The notes under the pieces: generated by a model
Database searches by the model: none
Told to the model about the DNA's origin: nothing
The model's input: only the letters and a program-made list of their open reading frames with translations
Shown: in pieces, positions 18,452-28,420 of the stretch
Layout of the letters: every line of letters starts with the position of its first letter
Numbering within the stretch: position 1 is the stretch's first letter
NCBI GenBank assembly: GCA_016125355.1
Contig: WGLX01000006.1
Span: forward strand, 109,047-173,046
Direction: 5' to 3'
DNA: 64,000 nucleotides
Source: Actinomycetales bacterium
Lineage (GTDB): Bacteria; Actinomycetota; Actinomycetes; S36-B12
Position numbers and translations under genes: made by a program

Positions 18452-20074
18452 TCAGGACGTCCGGGGGCGCCCCGTCTTCGACGTCTTCGCCTTCTTCTTC
18501 GCGACCTCGGCCGGGCTCTCGAAGGCGCCCTTCCTCGCGATGATCTTCTCGCCCAGGGCGGGGATGACGCGCCGCACGCCAAGGAAGTTCGCCACGTCCG
18601 TGCCGGTGAACGCCTCGACGTGCGCGACGTCGCCGCACGCGTTCGTGTGCGCCATGAGCGGCACCCCTCCCGGCTCCGCGGGTCCGAGGTACATGACCAC
18701 GTGCCGGTAGGGGCAGCTCTCCCCTGCCGGGCAGGTGTCGTACAGGACGAGGTCGCCCGGGCGGATCTTCTTCGGTGGGATCACCGCATAGTGCGGGTCG
18801 AGCGCGGCGCCATCCCACGGGACCATGTTGCGGGTCGACGGCGCCCAGCCGTCACCCGCCGTCTTCAGTCCCGCGCCCTCCGCGTAGGCGCGCGACACAT
18901 AGGAGGAGCAGTCGTAGCGCCAGGGGTCGAGGCGTCCGATTCCCTCGCAGGCGTACGGCGCTCCCAGCCGCACGAGGGCCCACTTGATCGCGAACGCCGC
19001 CTGGGGCGAGGCCGCGGTGCGCACCGCGAGATTGCACAGCTGCTTGACCTTGACGCCCTCGGGCACGGTGCCCTCGAGGACCGCCTTCGGGCAGCCATTG
19101 CCGCCCACCACGGTCTGCGGTGCGGCCGCCGCGATGAGTCGCTGCAGCTCCTTCTGGTCCTTCTTCAGCTGCTTCTTCGTCTTCGCAAGCGTCTTGCGGA
19201 TGATGTCGAGCCGGTTGCGGTCCTCGTCCACCTTCATCATCGTCGAGGACGCGGCGGAGTCCGCCACGAGCGCCGCGCGCTGAGCGAACTCGTAGTCCAC
19301 CTGCTCCATCCCGGTGGCCGACCGCAGGTAGACCAGCGAGTCGATGGTCCGCAGGAGGTCATCCGGCTTGCTGCCGAGGACGCCGAGGATGACGCCCACA
19401 TCCGTGCTGCCGGTGACGTACATGTCGCGCACGGCGAGCTCGAACTGCGCACCCGCATCGCTCAGCTGGAAGCTCGCACGGTTGCGCACACGCAGGGCGA
19501 GTGCGAGGTCGCTGTTCGTCGAGGAGAGGACGGTGCCAGCCGCGGCGAGGTCCTCACTGAGATTGCGGACCTTGAGCTTGCCGCGCTGCACCTTCTTCCA
19601 CAGCCGCGTGTAGTTGTCGACGAAGTTGGGATCGACGGGTGGCGCCGCGTCGGTGTAGGCGCTGGTCCCCGTGTCCTCGCCGGGCGCTGGCGGACGCTCC
19701 CCCGGCCGCGCTCCCCCGCCCGCGGCCGAGGGGCCCTGCGGCCGGCCGTCGGACGCGCCCGCGGTGCCGGGCCGGCCGTCGCTCTTGCCGGAACCGGTGT
19801 CCGGCCGGCCGTCGGGCTGCGGAGCCGGAACGCCGTAGGCCGGTGGCGGCACGACCGCGTCCGGAGCCGCCGGCCCGGGGTCGACGGGCGGCACCGCGGG
19901 CTCGGCCGGCTGGCCCTGCCCGGCCGGTTCGGCCGGCGCCACTGGTGCATCGTCGGCGGATGCGGGGCCCACCGCCCCGAGAAGGGCAGCACTCAGCGCG
20001 ACCGCGAGGGCGAACGGCACAAGCCGACCCCTCCGCGGCCCTGCGGCCGAGGCTCCTATGGACATCGCGCTCAT
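18452..20074 (-). CDS. secreted NlpC/P60 peptidoglycan endopeptidase with an N-terminal Pro-rich and coiled-coil region (RipA-like architecture)
   Basis: ORF 18452..20110 trimmed to MSAMSIGASAAGPRRGRLVPFALAVALSAALLGAVGPASA (signal peptide). The C-terminal domain has the catalytic Cys context WRYDCSSYVSRAY and the His context RHVVMYLG. Confidence 0.85.
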   Translation of the reverse strand: MSAMSIGASAAGPRRGRLVPFALAVALSAALLGAVGPASADDAPVAPAEPAGQGQPAEPAVPPVDPGPAAPDAVVPPPAYGVPAPQPDGRPDTGSGKSDGRPGTAGASDGRPQGPSAAGGGARPGERPPAPGEDTGTSAYTDAAPPVDPNFVDNYTRLWKKVQRGKLKVRNLSEDLAAAGTVLSSTNSDLALALRVRNRASFQLSDAGAQFELAVRDMYVTGSTDVGVILGVLGSKPDDLLRTIDSLVYLRSATGMEQVDYEFAQRAALVADSAASSTMMKVDEDRNRLDIIRKTLAKTKKQLKKDQKELQRLIAAAAPQTVVGGNGCPKAVLEGTVPEGVKVKQLCNLAVRTAASPQAAFAIKWALVRLGAPYACEGIGRLDPWRYDCSSYVSRAYAEGAGLKTAGDGWAPSTRNMVPWDGAALDPHYAVIPPKKIRPGDLVLYDTCPAGESCPYRHVVMYLGPAEPGGVPLMAHTNACGDVAHVEAFTGTDVANFLGVRRVIPALGEKIIARKGAFESPAEVAKKKAKTSKTGRPRTS

Positions 20075-20128
20075 TATGAGGCTCGCGTTGGTCCACGGTG
20101 ACCACGACATCCGGCGCTAGCATGAATC

Positions 20129-22843
20129 GTGGCCCGCTTCCCCGGCGAACACTCTCTCGTCCGCGCCTCCACCCAAGCGCTGGGCGCCTGGCTGCATCCT
20201 GTCTCCCCCTACCGTCGGCACAGCGAACCCGAGCGCCAGATCCAGCGCCGCGCCGGGGCGTTCGGGCTGGTCTGCCTGGTCACTGGCGCGATCGCGGTCG
20301 TCTGGGCGGTCGTCGTGGTCATCGTGAACGGCGGGGACCCCAGCGTCGTCGACCCGGCCTTCGGGCCCGCCACCCTGCAGGGCGCGGTCATCCTCGTGAC
20401 CATCAGCGTGTTCGCCCCGCAGGCCGTGTTCCGCACGCGCAACGCGGCGCTCACCCGCGAGGTGCTGAGCAACCCGTCCGCCCCGATCCGTCCCTGGCAG
20501 TCGACGACGATCACCTTCGACGCCGTGCTCGTCGGCGCGCTGCTCGCGGGCCTGTACTTCGAGGCGGCCCTGACCCTCGCGTTCTTCGGGATGGCATTCG
20601 GTCTGCGCATCCTGCTGCAGAGTCGTCGCGAGATCGCCATCGACCCGAACGCACGTTTCCACAGCCTCGTCATGGCGTGGACCACGGGAGCCACCGGCGC
20701 GGCGGCCTTCGTGATCGTCAAGCCGCTGTCCAAGTCCGTGGAGATCGGCGGGTCCATCCTCCCCCTGCTCTTCGCCGCGCTCGTCGCCATGTACGTCGGG
20801 CTGGTCTTCAACGCCCTCGAGCGCTGGGTGGCCGGCGATCGCAGCCGCTGGGCGTTCGCGCGCGATGCCGTCGACTCGCGCCGCATCATCGTGGCCCTCG
20901 TCAGCGCGGTGATCGCGTGGCTCGTCTCGGTCGTGGGCGTGCGCGTGGGCGACGCGTACGGCGACCAGGCCCTCCTCGCCGGCTCGCTTGCCGGCCTGGC
21001 GATCTTCCTCGCGGCGTGGCTGATCCTCTGGTACGCGTCGATCCGCATGTGGCACCGCGACGCCATCCGCACCCTGGCGCTCTGGTCCCGTCACCAGGCC
21101 GAGGTCGTCGGCCGGCTCGCGGACGGCTCCCTCAGCGCCGAGCTGGCGGCGCGGGCCGCCCTGCCGGTCACCGCTCGAATGGCGGTCTCCGTCTTCGGCG
21201 CCACGCGCGCCATGGCCATCCTCGACGACGGCCGCGGCCACGTCACCAGCCACCTCGCCGCGGTGGACCGGTTCGCCAATGCGCCGACTCCCGATCCCGC
21301 ATCGCTGGCCACGCTCCCCCACCTGCGCCTCCCGCTGTTCCCGGTGCCCGGCCACGCCAACACCAGCAGCATCACCGTGGCCGGGTGGCTGTGGCCCGGC
21401 TGGTTCCTCACCCGGTCGAACACGCTGATCCAGCGGTTCACCGACCTCGCCACGGAAACGCTTCTGACGCCGGTCGTGTCCGCCGACGACGACCGCATCG
21501 CGCGCGCCTTCGACACGATGTTCGACGACGTGAACCGCTGGCCGACGCTGACGGCCTTCGAGGAGGTCGTGGCGCGGATGCGGTCGCGCGCCGACGCGAA
21601 CCCGCACTCCGACTCCCTGCTCGTGGCCGTCTACGCCATCGATGAGTTCGGTGCCCTGGCGGGCGGGCGCTTCGAGCGGGCGGCCGTCGCCCAGGTGATG
21701 CGCCTGGCCGTGGGCAATCCCGACTTCGCGGGGCACGACGTGTTCGTCGCCTACGAGGATCCCGGGCGGCTCTGGGTCGCACTGGCCGGCGGGCCGATCA
21801 TCCGCAACGGCATCGCCCTGCTGCGCACCCTGCAGCAGTACATCAACGACCACGGGGCCGTGCCGAGTGCGCGCCTGGACGTCGACGTGCACGTGAGCGT
21901 CTCCTTCGGGTACGCCGCCCACCAGGTCGACGACTTCACCTTCGACGGACTCATGGCCATGGCCCGGCAGCGCCTCGCCGACGACCAGGGCGCTCGCGAT
22001 CCGTTCAACGTCGACAGCCTCATGACCTACGACATCCGGCCGGAGGACATCATCGGTGCGCCCGACGCGCCCGTGACGGCCGTGGACGTGCTCAACCTGA
22101 TGCGGGCCGACCGCAGCGAGATCGCGAGCGACGCCTTCACCACGCACTTCCGGCCGGTGATGAGCCTCGACTCCGGCGGAACCGTCGCCCTGGTCACGTC
22201 CGTCGCGTGGCACCGCACCTTCGGCACCCTCGACCTGGCCGACGAACGGCACCTGCACGCCCTGGTCAACCGGCAGGCCGAGCTGGCCGCCGAGACCGTC
22301 ACCATCACGCTGGAGCGGCTGAAGCCGGTCTTCGCCGAGGCCGACGCCCTCGGCCACCACGACCTGCCCGTCCTGGCATGGATGCCGTCCATCCTGCTGG
22401 CGCCCGAGGCCGGCGAGCTCGCACTGCCCAACCTGGTGCCGCCGGCTCTCGATCGCGCTGAGTGTGGCCGGTTGGTGATCCTCGTCGACGCCATCCCGAT
22501 GGGCTCGGGCCAGGCGCTGCGGCTGCTGGCCGACCGCGGCGTCCGGCTCGCCGTCACGGCGGGGGCGGCTACCGCGGCCGATCCCACCGACCTCTACGGC
22601 TGGCAGCGCTGGGCGATCGTGTTCCCGCAGCATGTCGTGCAGGGCCCAGCGGGCGTGGACGGCCTGACCATCCAGCAGACCGCCAGCGCGATCGCCACCC
22701 ACGACACCGTGCTCATCGCGGTGGCGGATGACGTCGCCGACGCGCGAGGGCTCGCCACCAACAACGTGCGCTGGGCCATCGACCCGCGTCATCAGCACGA
22801 GTCGGTGCGGGAGTCGGTGGGCACCGCACGCGAGCTGTCGTAG
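20129..22843 (+). CDS. polytopic membrane protein with degenerate GGDEF-like and EAL-like domains
   Basis: 904 aa. The N-terminal ~330 aa carry many TM helices. The GGDEF-like fold has AYEDPGRL in place of GGDEF, and the EAL-like fold (FRPVMSLDSGGTVALVTSVAW...) lacks the EAL triplet. The exact start is uncertain. Confidence 0.7.
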   Translation: MARFPGEHSLVRASTQALGAWLHPVSPYRRHSEPERQIQRRAGAFGLVCLVTGAIAVVWAVVVVIVNGGDPSVVDPAFGPATLQGAVILVTISVFAPQAVFRTRNAALTREVLSNPSAPIRPWQSTTITFDAVLVGALLAGLYFEAALTLAFFGMAFGLRILLQSRREIAIDPNARFHSLVMAWTTGATGAAAFVIVKPLSKSVEIGGSILPLLFAALVAMYVGLVFNALERWVAGDRSRWAFARDAVDSRRIIVALVSAVIAWLVSVVGVRVGDAYGDQALLAGSLAGLAIFLAAWLILWYASIRMWHRDAIRTLALWSRHQAEVVGRLADGSLSAELAARAALPVTARMAVSVFGATRAMAILDDGRGHVTSHLAAVDRFANAPTPDPASLATLPHLRLPLFPVPGHANTSSITVAGWLWPGWFLTRSNTLIQRFTDLATETLLTPVVSADDDRIARAFDTMFDDVNRWPTLTAFEEVVARMRSRADANPHSDSLLVAVYAIDEFGALAGGRFERAAVAQVMRLAVGNPDFAGHDVFVAYEDPGRLWVALAGGPIIRNGIALLRTLQQYINDHGAVPSARLDVDVHVSVSFGYAAHQVDDFTFDGLMAMARQRLADDQGARDPFNVDSLMTYDIRPEDIIGAPDAPVTAVDVLNLMRADRSEIASDAFTTHFRPVMSLDSGGTVALVTSVAWHRTFGTLDLADERHLHALVNRQAELAAETVTITLERLKPVFAEADALGHHDLPVLAWMPSILLAPEAGELALPNLVPPALDRAECGRLVILVDAIPMGSGQALRLLADRGVRLAVTAGAATAADPTDLYGWQRWAIVFPQHVVQGPAGVDGLTIQQTASAIATHDTVLIAVADDVADARGLATNNVRWAIDPRHQHESVRESVGTARELS

Positions 22844-22903
22844 ACAGGCGCGCGCAAGGCTCGGGTAGCCGTCGGTAACCGGGTGGGTGGCTCAACCAGG
22901 AGC

Positions 22904-22939
22904 GTCCGTGAGGCAGTTCAGGGATGCTGCCTCACGGAC
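22904..22939 (+). terminator. intrinsic terminator candidate after the GGDEF-EAL gene
   Basis: Perfect 13-bp stem GTCCGTGAGGCAG / CTGCCTCACGGAC with a 10-nt loop, followed by TCTTCTC. It lies 60 nt after the stop at 22843. Confidence 0.6.
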
Positions 22940-23060
22940 TCTTCTCGCTGGTAGTGGCCCGGAGGCCGCTCTGTGCCGGCTCGGTGGACTAGCCCCTCAG
23001 CAGCCCACCACGATCAACCGGCATCCGAACCAACACTCGAAGGATAGGTCCGAGGCGTGA

Positions 23061-23098
23061 CCGCAAATATCCGCAAAAGTGGATATACACGGATATAC
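23061..23098. promoter_or_regulatory. helically phased repeat block upstream of the GAF-LuxR gene (putative operator/promoter)
   Basis: CCGCAAATAT CCGCAAAAGT GGATATACAC GGATATAC. That is two CCGCAAA repeats followed by two GGATATAC repeats, all at 10-bp spacing, with ATATCC-N8-GGATAT dyad symmetry. It is an AT-rich island in GC-rich DNA, 50 nt before the ATG at 23148. Confidence 0.35.
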
Positions 23099-23147
23099 CT
23101 TTGGTCAAAGATCGGGGGTGCCACGGTCCTGAGAGAGAGTCACGCAC

Positions 23148-23924
23148 ATGGAGTTGGACCGCACGACAGGGCTCACGTACTTCCTGCGCTTCCTGGCCGG
23201 CAATCCGGACGGCGATGCGGCGGCCCGCGCCATGGTGCTCGGGGCTCTCGCGCCCCTCGAGATCGTCGCGGGCCACGTCTACGCGAGCGAGAAGCCGGAG
23301 ACCTTGGAGCTGGTCGGCAACTACGGCATGACCGATGAGGCGATGACCAGCTACCGGGTCATCACGACGACGATGCCCATGCCGGTGTGCGAGGCGTTCT
23401 CGACTCTCTCGCCCGTGACCGTGGCGGAGGCGGAGCTCGTCACGACCTACCCGATCCTCCAGGCCGACCCGGCGCTGGCGGACGGCAGTGCACGCGGCAA
23501 CGACAACAAGGGCCAGCTCGTGTACGCCCCGATGCTGAACTCCGGCGTCGCGATCGGCGTCGTGGGGCTGGTGCAGAAGGACCGCCGCGACTGGTCGGCC
23601 GCCGACTGGCAGTACCTCGACGGCGTGACCGCGGCGCTGTCCATGTGGCTGAACAACCAGCGCGACCTCCTCGTCGACCGCTGGCGTCGCGCGGCTCCCA
23701 CGCCGCAGCGCGAGGTGCGCATCTCCGAGCGGCAGCGCGAGATCCTCGAGCTCATCGGCCTCGACCGCACGAACGGCGAGATCGCCAAGTCGCTCGGCTA
23801 CTCGGTGCCGACGATCAAGAAGGACCTGCAGCACCTGATGAAGCTGCTCGGCACCCACGATCGTCGCTCCACCGCCGGCCGGGCCCGCGAGATCGGCCTG
23901 CTGCCGGAGCGCCGCCACACCTGA
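23148..23924 (+). CDS. GAF-domain LuxR-family transcriptional regulator
   Basis: 258 aa. The C-terminal HTH is ISERQREILELIGLDRTNGEIAKSLGYSVPTIKKDLQHLMKLLG (LuxR/GerE type). The N-terminal ~170 aa are GAF-like. Confidence 0.85.
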   Translation: MELDRTTGLTYFLRFLAGNPDGDAAARAMVLGALAPLEIVAGHVYASEKPETLELVGNYGMTDEAMTSYRVITTTMPMPVCEAFSTLSPVTVAEAELVTTYPILQADPALADGSARGNDNKGQLVYAPMLNSGVAIGVVGLVQKDRRDWSAADWQYLDGVTAALSMWLNNQRDLLVDRWRRAAPTPQREVRISERQREILELIGLDRTNGEIAKSLGYSVPTIKKDLQHLMKLLGTHDRRSTAGRAREIGLLPERRHT

Positions 23925-24019
23925 CCACTCAGCCGAGTGGCGGGTTGTGCAGCACTCGGAGCCCCGAACAGCCCGCACAAGTCGCCACTCGGCGGGCAGA
24001 CGGGGGGATGTACCCGGTA

Positions 24020-25327
<1,308 letters not shown>

Positions 25328-25567
25328 TCGCGTTCCTCTCGTGACCGGCCTGGCCTCTCGCCACACCGAGCCCGGCCCCTGACAGGGACGGACTACGCCG
25401 ACCGTACATCGGCTACCGGGCAGATGCAGCCTCACGGCGCGCCGGATCCACCACGGCGTGTCCAGTGACCGGTCAGCCACATGGTCAGGGATGCCCGGAC
25501 CAGCCGACCTGCCCGTGCGTCTGGCCGCGGGCCCGAATCTCGACCGCCCCACCCCTAGACTCCGGCC

Positions 25568-25843
25568 GTGGACGACAACCGACGGATTGCGCGCACGCCC
25601 GGCGTGCTGGAGGCCGAGGTCGACGGCGACCGAGTCCTCATGCATCCAGACGACTACACCTACTACGGCCTGACCGAGACCGGGGCCGCCGTGTGGAGCC
25701 TGATCGACGGCACGCGCTCCGTGGCCGACGTGGTCGCCGCACTGGCCGAGGAGTACGACGCGACGCCCGCGGTCATCCGAACGGACGTCGAGAGCTTCCT
25801 CAGCGGCATGGAGGCGGCCAAGCTGGTCACCTACGGGACCTGA
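25568..25843 (+). CDS. PqqD-family RiPP recognition element (lasso B1-type peptide chaperone)
   Basis: 91 aa with the typical PqqD pattern: [75 protein letters not shown]. It ends 4 nt before the ABC transporter start. Confidence 0.8.
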   Translation: MDDNRRIARTPGVLEAEVDGDRVLMHPDDYTYYGLTETGAAVWSLIDGTRSVADVVAALAEEYDATPAVIRTDVESFLSGMEAAKLVTYGT

Positions 25844-25847
25844 CCGC

Positions 25848-27632
25848 GTGGATCCGTCCGGGTCAGCGAACCAGACCGTGCCCTCGACGAGCACGGCAAC
25901 CCGCGATGCCCGAGAGCTCCTTGGCTTCGCATGGCGTTCGGAGCCCCGACGGCTGGCGTCTCAGTCCGTCCTCCTCGTGGCCACCGGCCTCACCGGAGGA
26001 ATCAGCATGCTCATGCTGGTGCCGGTCGTGAACTCCGTCGCCGGATCGTCCGGGGGAATGACGATCGACATCCCGATCCTGTCCAGCCTGGATCTGTCGG
26101 GGATCCCCCTCCCCGTCCTCCTCCTCATCGTGGTCGCACTGGTCGCCCTGCAGTCCGCACTGTCCTATGCATCGTCGGTGAGCGCCGTCCGGCTGCAGCA
26201 GCTCGTGGTCGACCGGCTCCGGTCGCGCGCCTTCGTGGCGATCCTGGCCGCCCGCTGGGAGTTCGTCCTGGACTCCCGCCGCAGCGACATCGCCGAGATC
26301 GCGACCACCGGCGCTAATCGATGCGGACAGGCCATGAGCGGACTGCTGCGAGCGGCCGTCGCCGCCGTCCTGTCGATCGCCACGGCCGTGGTGGCCCTCA
26401 TCGTGGCGCCCCTCCTCGCCGGGCTGACCATCGTGGCAGTGCTGGCCTTCTCGATCGGACTCATGCGGAGCCTGCGGCCCGCACACGAGATGGGGCAGGC
26501 GTACGGCCTCCGCAATCGAGTCCTGCAGTCCGTCATGCTGAACTCGCTGGACTCCCTCCGGCTGGTCCGGGCGCACGGGGCGGCCGACGTCTGGACGGAT
26601 CAACTGACGGTCGCCTTCGGGGACACCCGCGCCATCCAGCTGGCGAACGTGCGACGCACATCCCGCGTCGCGGCGGTCGCCGCGATCGGTCTGGCGGCGA
26701 GCGCTGCCCTCCTCGTCTTCGTCGCCGTCCAGCTGGACGTGCCGGCCGCGACGATCGTCGTGGTCCTCGTGCTCGCGGCCAGGCTCTCGGCGTCAGTACG
26801 CGGCGTACTGAGCAGCCTGCAGCAGGCGGCGAATGCGCTGCCCGCAGTCGCCGACGTGCGCGAACTGACCGAGCGTGCCGTGGCGGCCGCGGAGAACGGT
26901 GGCGGCCTGGCCGCCCTCCCCCCGCCCGATCCGTCACGCCCGACCGTCGCGCTGCGGAGAGTGACGTACCGCTACCCGGACAGCGATGAGGGCGTCCTCG
27001 ATCTCACTTTCGACATCCCGCGCGGTCGCATCACTGCCCTCGTGGGCCCCTCGGGCGCTGGCAAGTCGACCACCGCCGACATCGTCCTCGGACTCCTGCA
27101 CCCGCGGGAGGGCACCATCGAGGTCGATGGCACGCCGCTCACCCCAGAGCTGCTCGAGTCGTGGCGTCGGCGCGTTGCCTACGTTCCGCAGGACACGCTC
27201 CTGCTCCCGGGCACCCTGCGCTGGAACCTCGTCTGGTCCAGTGCTCGCGAGTCGGTGTCCGACGAGGAGTGCTGGGCGGCCCTCGATGCCGCCGCCGCAG
27301 GCTTCGTGCGCGCCCTTCCCCAAGGACTCGACACCGACCTCGGCGACCGGGGCGTACGGCTCAGCGGGGGCCAGCGGCAACGCCTGGCGATCGCCCGGGC
27401 GCTCGTCCGACGGCCCGAGGTGCTCGTGCTCGACGAGGCGACCAGCGCCCTCGACGACGCCACCGAGGCAGCCGTCCTGTCCGTGCTCTCCTCCCTGACA
27501 CCAGCGCTCACCGTGCTCGTGATCGCCCACCGCAGCACGACGATCGACGTGGCCGACACGGTCGTGACCCTCGAGAGCGGACGGGTGACGGGGATCGCCG
27601 CACGCACGGGTGCCCGCGGAGGCACTCCGTGA
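25848..27632 (+). CDS. ABC transporter, fused permease/ATPase (RiPP exporter or immunity type)
   Basis: 594 aa with an N-terminal 6-TM-like domain, Walker [10 protein letters not shown], the signature [15 protein letters not shown] and Walker [13 protein letters not shown]. Confidence 0.9.
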   Translation: MDPSGSANQTVPSTSTATRDARELLGFAWRSEPRRLASQSVLLVATGLTGGISMLMLVPVVNSVAGSSGGMTIDIPILSSLDLSGIPLPVLLLIVVALVALQSALSYASSVSAVRLQQLVVDRLRSRAFVAILAARWEFVLDSRRSDIAEIATTGANRCGQAMSGLLRAAVAAVLSIATAVVALIVAPLLAGLTIVAVLAFSIGLMRSLRPAHEMGQAYGLRNRVLQSVMLNSLDSLRLVRAHGAADVWTDQLTVAFGDTRAIQLANVRRTSRVAAVAAIGLAASAALLVFVAVQLDVPAATIVVVLVLAARLSASVRGVLSSLQQAANALPAVADVRELTERAVAAAENGGGLAALPPPDPSRPTVALRRVTYRYPDSDEGVLDLTFDIPRGRITALVGPSGAGKSTTADIVLGLLHPREGTIEVDGTPLTPELLESWRRRVAYVPQDTLLLPGTLRWNLVWSSARESVSDEECWAALDAAAAGFVRALPQGLDTDLGDRGVRLSGGQRQRLAIARALVRRPEVLVLDEATSALDDATEAAVLSVLSSLTPALTVLVIAHRSTTIDVADTVVTLESGRVTGIAARTGARGGTP

Positions 27633-28420
27633 TCGCCCCCGCGGATCCGGGGCTCGCCACCCTCGACCGCTCCGGCGAGCCATGGCTGGGTCACGCACAC
27701 GGTCTGGGGACGGTCCGGGTGTATGCCGATGGCCGGTACGACGTGGAACCGGCCGAAGGCGCCGACGCACGCGCTGCAGAGACACTCGAGCACGGCTGGG
27801 CCGAGCTGCTCGGGCACATCCGTCTCGGCCGCCGGATCGTCGGCGGGACGGTCATGCTGGCACCGGACGCAGCGGATTCCCTGCTCGTGTCCGGCGGGAT
27901 GACGGAGCAGTCACAGGCATGCGTCCTGCTCGCCGAGCGCGGATGGCGCCGGGTGTCGGACGGCTTCACGCCGATCGACACCACCACTCCCCTGCGCGCC
28001 TACCGTCGGGGCGGACCGTGGCTGGTCCCACGGCGGCTGGGCCTGGACTCCGATCTCCTCGACGGCCGCCGGATCCGACCGGGTGCCACCGCACAGGAGG
28101 TCCCGACCCCACCGGTGCCGGAGTCGGTGCCGCTGCGGGCCCGCGTCCTCGTCTCCGAGCACGAGGCGACGACGGGCGAGCCGGTGCCCGTGCTTGCCGA
28201 GGTGTCCGGCCGCCGCCGTATGGGCGTCCAGTTCCAGGCATTCGCCGACCGGTTCGTGGGGGGCGCTGCGGATCCGGCACGCGTCATGGCCGACGACCTG
28301 GCCATCAGCAGTCTCCCCTTGTCGACCCTGCAATGGCCGGCGCTCTACCTCGCGCCGCGAGACGAGCGACTCGCCGCGGTCGACGCCCTGGTGGACTGGT
28401 GGAGGGGCCTCAACCCATGA
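27629..28420 (+). CDS. HPr-kinase-like protein with a degenerate P-loop (possible pseudokinase or scaffold)
   Basis: GTG at 27629 (GTGA overlap with the ABC stop), 263 aa. It aligns by eye to the other HprK-like proteins here (LLVSGGMTEQSQACVLLAERGWRRVSDGFTPID versus [32 protein letters not shown]), but GxGKST is replaced. Confidence 0.55.
   Translation: MIAPADPGLATLDRSGEPWLGHAHGLGTVRVYADGRYDVEPAEGADARAAETLEHGWAELLGHIRLGRRIVGGTVMLAPDAADSLLVSGGMTEQSQACVLLAERGWRRVSDGFTPIDTTTPLRAYRRGGPWLVPRRLGLDSDLLDGRRIRPGATAQEVPTPPVPESVPLRARVLVSEHEATTGEPVPVLAEVSGRRRMGVQFQAFADRFVGGAADPARVMADDLAISSLPLSTLQWPALYLAPRDERLAAVDALVDWWRGLNP

Noticed and set aside
20117-22798. 893-aa minus-strand ORF
   Set aside because: It is antisense to the GGDEF-EAL membrane protein gene. 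Its sequence is dominated by Arg/Gly/Asp/His/Val without TM helices or motifs, whereas the plus-strand product has clear TM helices and domain folds.
23925-24019. Possible bidirectional terminator between the LuxR gene and clpX (CCACTC-agcc-GAGTGG)
   Set aside because: It has only a 6-bp stem and no T-run, which is too weak to list as a feature.
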